Below, piece by piece: positions 63,673 to 64,000 of a stretch of DNA of 64,000 nucleotides. Position 1 is the first letter of the stretch. Each line of letters opens with the position of its first letter. Made by a program: the position numbers and the translations under genes. Below the pieces are notes generated by a model, which saw only the letters and a program-made list of their open reading frames with translations, did no database searches and was not told where the DNA came from. The DNA is from Cohaesibacteraceae bacterium (GTDB lineage: Bacteria > Pseudomonadota > Alphaproteobacteria > Rhizobiales > MH13), in the NCBI GenBank assembly GCA_050043025.1, contig JBHJIX010000086.1, positions 12,323-76,322 on the forward strand, read 5' to 3'.

Positions 63673-64000
63673 TCAACCGCCGGATTCAGCGGCATAGCCA
63701 CCAGGAACAACATACCAGAGCGTGGAGCGATAACCATCCTCGCGGAAGGCATGCCGCCAAGGCACGATCACCTGACGGATCGGCTCGATGGGTTCAAACC
63801 CAAAACGGGCCTGAGCCGCCGCCAGCCTTGCATCCAACCGTGTTTCGTTTTGGACGATGAGTAGTGCTGTCTCTCCCGGCTCAAGGCGCCGCTCGTCCGG
63901 CCAACCAATGGCAACGACGTCGGTTTCCTCCGGCAGGAACGCAACCAAATTGCCACCGAGACGTCGATCCTCTGCGATCACGAGATCAGCGCCATCCTCC
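63673..64000 (-). CDS. hypothetical protein, C-terminal part (5' end outside the window)
   Basis: The minus-strand frame is open from the window end to the TGA at 63673-63675 and has reasonable codon usage. No family recognised. Confidence 0.4.
   Translation of the reverse strand, partial: EDGADLVIAEDRRLGGNLVAFLPEETDVVAIGWPDERRLEPGETALLIVQNETRLDARLAAAQARFGFEPIEPIRQVIVPWRHAFREDGYRSTLWYVVPGGYAAESGG

Overview
This is a high-GC (about 60%) chromosomal window with the gene order typical of an alphaproteobacterium, probably Hyphomicrobiales/Rhizobiales. It is almost entirely core housekeeping. In order it holds: topA-dprA-plsY, pyrB plus a dihydroorotase-like gene, eno-ftsB, the pdhA-pdhB-pdhC-lpdA-lipA pyruvate dehydrogenase/lipoate cluster, ratA-cinA-ispDF, the dusB-ntrBC-ntrYX-trkAH-hfq-hflX supercluster, mazG, tatD-metG-holB-tmk-dacC-rlpA, a LacI/deoC/fused-ALDH cluster, ugpBAEC plus an EEP-family hydrolase, a cation:proton antiporter, an AraC/TRAP/aldehyde dehydrogenase cluster, one tRNA-Ser(GCU), and several small redox or hypothetical genes. 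I found no CRISPR array, transposase, integrase, prophage or recognisable defence system. The most unusual signal is sequence-level damage in otherwise conserved genes. Three genes (pyrB, lpdA, ntrY) each carry a single in-frame TAG with conserved coding sequence continuing in the same frame. NtrC has Asn at the Walker A lysine. Several invariant motif residues are replaced by changes that are one transversion away from the consensus. The only tRNA has a mismatched anticodon stem and U at position 37. These could reflect sequence-quality problems, mutation accumulation or a mutator lineage, or (least likely) amber suppression. I cannot tell which from the sequence alone. Secondary observations are a class D (OXA-like) beta-lactamase homologue wedged between lipA and ratA, an EEP hydrolase translationally coupled to ugpC where E. 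coli has ugpQ, a PBP5-like protein with degenerate SxN/KTG motifs, and a 62-nt identical tract shared by the pdhB and pdhC lipoyl domains. Many long antisense ORFs in the six-frame track are GC-driven shadow ORFs and are not called.
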